Below, in pieces: positions 62,344-64,000 of a DNA stretch of 64,000 nt. The translations under genes were made by a program, and so were the position numbers. Source of the DNA: Candidatus Pacearchaeota archaeon (GTDB lineage: Archaea; Nanobdellota; Nanobdellia; Pacearchaeales; GW2011-AR1). The notes under the pieces were generated by a model, which worked only from the letters and a program-made list of their open reading frames with translations, made no database searches and had not been told where the DNA came from. The stretch lies in contig JAFCEJ010000001.1 of NCBI GenBank assembly GCA_017609175.1, positions 57,428 to 121,427 of the forward strand. The letters are read 5' to 3'. Positions within the stretch are counted from its first letter, which is position 1, and each line of letters opens with the position of its first letter.

Positions 62344-63135
62344 TTATTTTCTAATTTCAGAAGTCCTTTCATACCGGATATAAAACTTATCTAAGATCTC
62401 AATAACTTGTTTTCTCATTTCTGCACTTTTAATTCCTTTCCAGTCTAAAACTGCTAAATCAATTTCTTCATAGTTTTTTTCAAGTATTTCTTGAATCATT
62501 TCTTCTTTTAATGGCAAGGCATAACCTGGGATTATATAAGAAAGTGCAACATTAGAATTTAATTGGATTTTGTTAAAATTTGGGCAATAATGCGGCCCCC
62601 CAATTCCAAATGCAATTTCATTATAGGGATTTTCTTTAAATTCATTGATTATTTCAGAGATTGTTTTAGCCACGACAAAACCTGCCCTCCTATCTCTCCA
62701 TTCATTTTCTGTTGAACCAATCTCTATAAAAACACATGGTTTGTTAATCAAAGGGCCATGGTGGGTGCATTCTAAAGTTATTTTATAATCTTTTAATTTA
62801 TATTTCTCTGCATTAGAGTTTAGTTTTTCAAAAATTTGTTTTAAGAATTGTGCAGAGGTCGGACATATTTTTCCTGATTGCCCGCCAAAATCTGCCTGCC
62901 TCCAATTTCCAGGAGCATGAACTGAAAGAGTTTTTTCTTCACTTTCTGACCGATGTTTTGAAGCAAAAATAATAAAATCATATTTGTTAATTTTTTCATG
63001 GTCAAGATTTTCATCTGAGATTATTTCTTCATTCCGCAAATAGAAATCATAATTCCCAAATTGACTTAAATGGGTTGTTATATTTATCCCTGCTTTATCT
63101 AATTTGCTTGCAATAATGAGGTATTTCTGAAACAT
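62344..63135 (-). CDS. dtdA: D-aminoacyl-tRNA deacylase, archaeal type (DtdA/DTD2)
   Basis: FASKHRSESEEKTLSVHAPGNW...FGG, ECTHHGP, FIEIGSTENEW and GIGGPHY match the DTD2 pattern as I remember it. Confidence 0.75.
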   Translation of the reverse strand: MFQKYLIIASKLDKAGINITTHLSQFGNYDFYLRNEEIISDENLDHEKINKYDFIIFASKHRSESEEKTLSVHAPGNWRQADFGGQSGKICPTSAQFLKQIFEKLNSNAEKYKLKDYKITLECTHHGPLINKPCVFIEIGSTENEWRDRRAGFVVAKTISEIINEFKENPYNEIAFGIGGPHYCPNFNKIQLNSNVALSYIIPGYALPLKEEMIQEILEKNYEEIDLAVLDWKGIKSAEMRKQVIEILDKFYIRYERTSEIRK

Positions 63136-63168
63136 AATCTTTTTTAATTAAGAGATTTTAAATAAATT

Positions 63169-63369
63169 ATGATATTTATTGTTCCAGGAAGTTTATACAG
63201 AGAAATAGGTTATCAGATATATGAAAAATTTCTGCAGAGCAAAATCAATCCCAATATTATTTTATTAATTGAGAAAGAAAAAAGATATTTTATGAACAGA
63301 GATAAAGAACTAAAAAAAGAAGACGATAAACTTGCTAAAAAATTAGGGGGTTTTATTTTTAGGTTTTAA
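63169..63369 (+). CDS. hypothetical protein
   Basis: 66-aa ORF, no motif recognised. Confidence 0.35.
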   Translation: MIFIVPGSLYREIGYQIYEKFLQSKINPNIILLIEKEKRYFMNRDKELKKEDDKLAKKLGGFIFRF

Positions 63370-63473
63370 AAAAAGAGGGTTTGGTGTTTCTTGTTTTTTT
63401 AGGAAAAGAGGATAGAAGGGGCTTTTGTTTTTGGTTCTTTTTTAAAAGAAGAACGGGTGGGAGTAAAGCGTGG

Positions 63474-63505
63474 GTGGAAAGTTTATAAAAAGAGAATCTT
63501 TCCAC
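63474..63505. other. 8-bp hairpin enclosing a TATA-like sequence
   Basis: gtggaaag-tttataaaaagagaat-ctttccac, in a G-rich spacer upstream of the RHH gene. Confidence 0.4.
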
Positions 63506-63527
63506 TATCCACTAGACAAATATACGT

Positions 63528-63540
63528 AAGATTTATAAAC
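63528..63540 (+). promoter_or_regulatory. BRE/TATA-like box aagatttataaac
   Basis: Centre about 28 nt upstream of the ATG at 63563. Confidence 0.45.
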
Positions 63541-63562
63541 ATATGAATTTATATGGATACAT

Positions 63563-63700
63563 ATGGGTAGAAAAACGGTTGCTTTAAGTTTGGATGAAGA
63601 AGTTTACGAGAAATATAAAAAATACTGTGAAGAACGCCATATAATTCTCTCACGAAAAGTTGAAGATTTCATGAAAAAGGAGTTAGAGAAAAATGACTGA
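63563..63700 (+). CDS. ribbon-helix-helix (CopG-like) small DNA-binding protein
   Basis: 45 aa, MGRKTVALSLDEEVYEKYKKYCEERHIILSRKVEDFMKKELEKND: a beta-strand followed by two helices, the RHH pattern. Overlaps the next ORF by 8 nt. Confidence 0.55.
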   Translation: MGRKTVALSLDEEVYEKYKKYCEERHIILSRKVEDFMKKELEKND

Positions 63701-64000
63701 CTTTAACCAAATTTTGAGAGAAGGTAAGATTGTAGACAACAAGAGAGTTAAATCTCTTAATATGAAGGAAGTTTTAAAGACGATTGCCAAAGATTCTGAG
63801 AGTTTTAAATGTGCAGTAGGTTATTTTTATCTAGAAGGGTTAGTTGAAATAATAAACTCATTGAAAGAACTTAAAGAAATTAAAATTCTAATGGGTTATG
63901 AGACAACGAAACCAACAAAAGAACAGCTAATTAAAGCTTTCAAAGATAAATTTAATAAATTAGAAGACAATGAACAAATTAGACCTGCCATAAAATTGTT
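63693..64000 (+). CDS. PLD-like nuclease-domain N-terminus of a larger protein, partial at window end
   Basis: The frame is open to the last base. FKCAVGYFYLEGLVEIINSLKELKEIKILMG resembles the N-terminal PLD-like module seen on helicase/nuclease proteins. Confidence 0.4.
   Translation, partial: MTDFNQILREGKIVDNKRVKSLNMKEVLKTIAKDSESFKCAVGYFYLEGLVEIINSLKELKEIKILMGYETTKPTKEQLIKAFKDKFNKLEDNEQIRPAIKL

Noticed and set aside
62145-62354. 69-aa plus-strand ORF in the track.
   Set aside because: It reads straight through tRNA-Ser(GCU) and its intron, so it is a shadow ORF.
1-64000. CRISPR arrays, rRNA genes, reverse transcriptase/DGR, transposases, integrases and inteins in the large ORFs (RNR, RpoA/B, EF-2).
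   Set aside because: I saw no regularly spaced direct repeats, no rRNA-like conserved blocks, no RT, transposase or integrase motifs in any listed ORF, and no intein splice motifs interrupting the conserved enzyme motifs.

Overview
Visibly AT-rich archaeal chromosomal segment. The gene content and style suggest a small-genome, DPANN-like archaeon: compact genes, BRE/TATA boxes about 25-30 nt from start codons, GGAGG-type SD sites, and tRNA introns. That lineage call is an inference. All homology calls come from motif recognition by eye, and all RNA folds were done by hand; no searches were run.

Conserved core:
- Transcription and translation cluster: rpoH, rpoB, a single-ORF rpoA (A' and A'' fused), nusA, a two-gene insertion, rps12, rps7, EF-2, EF-1alpha.
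- Rpo7-Spt4-S27ae operon, and ribosomal proteins L35Ae and L10e.
- GluRS (lacking the C-terminal anticodon-binding domains) and HisRS, which sits directly downstream of tRNA-His.
- Seven tRNA genes, four with anticodon-loop introns.
- An Fe-S/thiolation cluster (ArsR, NifS, DUF1858, IscU, TtuA-like) and a dNTP island (class II RNR, dUTPase, ThyA-like, thioredoxin).
- ScpA, an SMC-like ATPase with a central CxxC motif instead of a hinge, DnaG, RNase HII, Dph6, PIMT and DtdA.

Two accessory-looking zones (about 48.3-52.2 kb and 58.5-62.1 kb, the second lying between tRNA-iMet and tRNA-Ser) hold small promoter-bearing gene modules, GC-rich intergenic repeats and module-bracketing inverted repeats.

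The best candidate for a novel system is at 59.8-62.1 kb. It is a three-gene operon: a 72-aa Cys-terminated peptide, a radical-SAM/SPASM-type enzyme, and a TlyA-like rRNA 2'-O-methyltransferase. The operon is bracketed by a 15-bp inverted repeat. It looks like a RiPP-type locus with a possible ribosome-protection partner.
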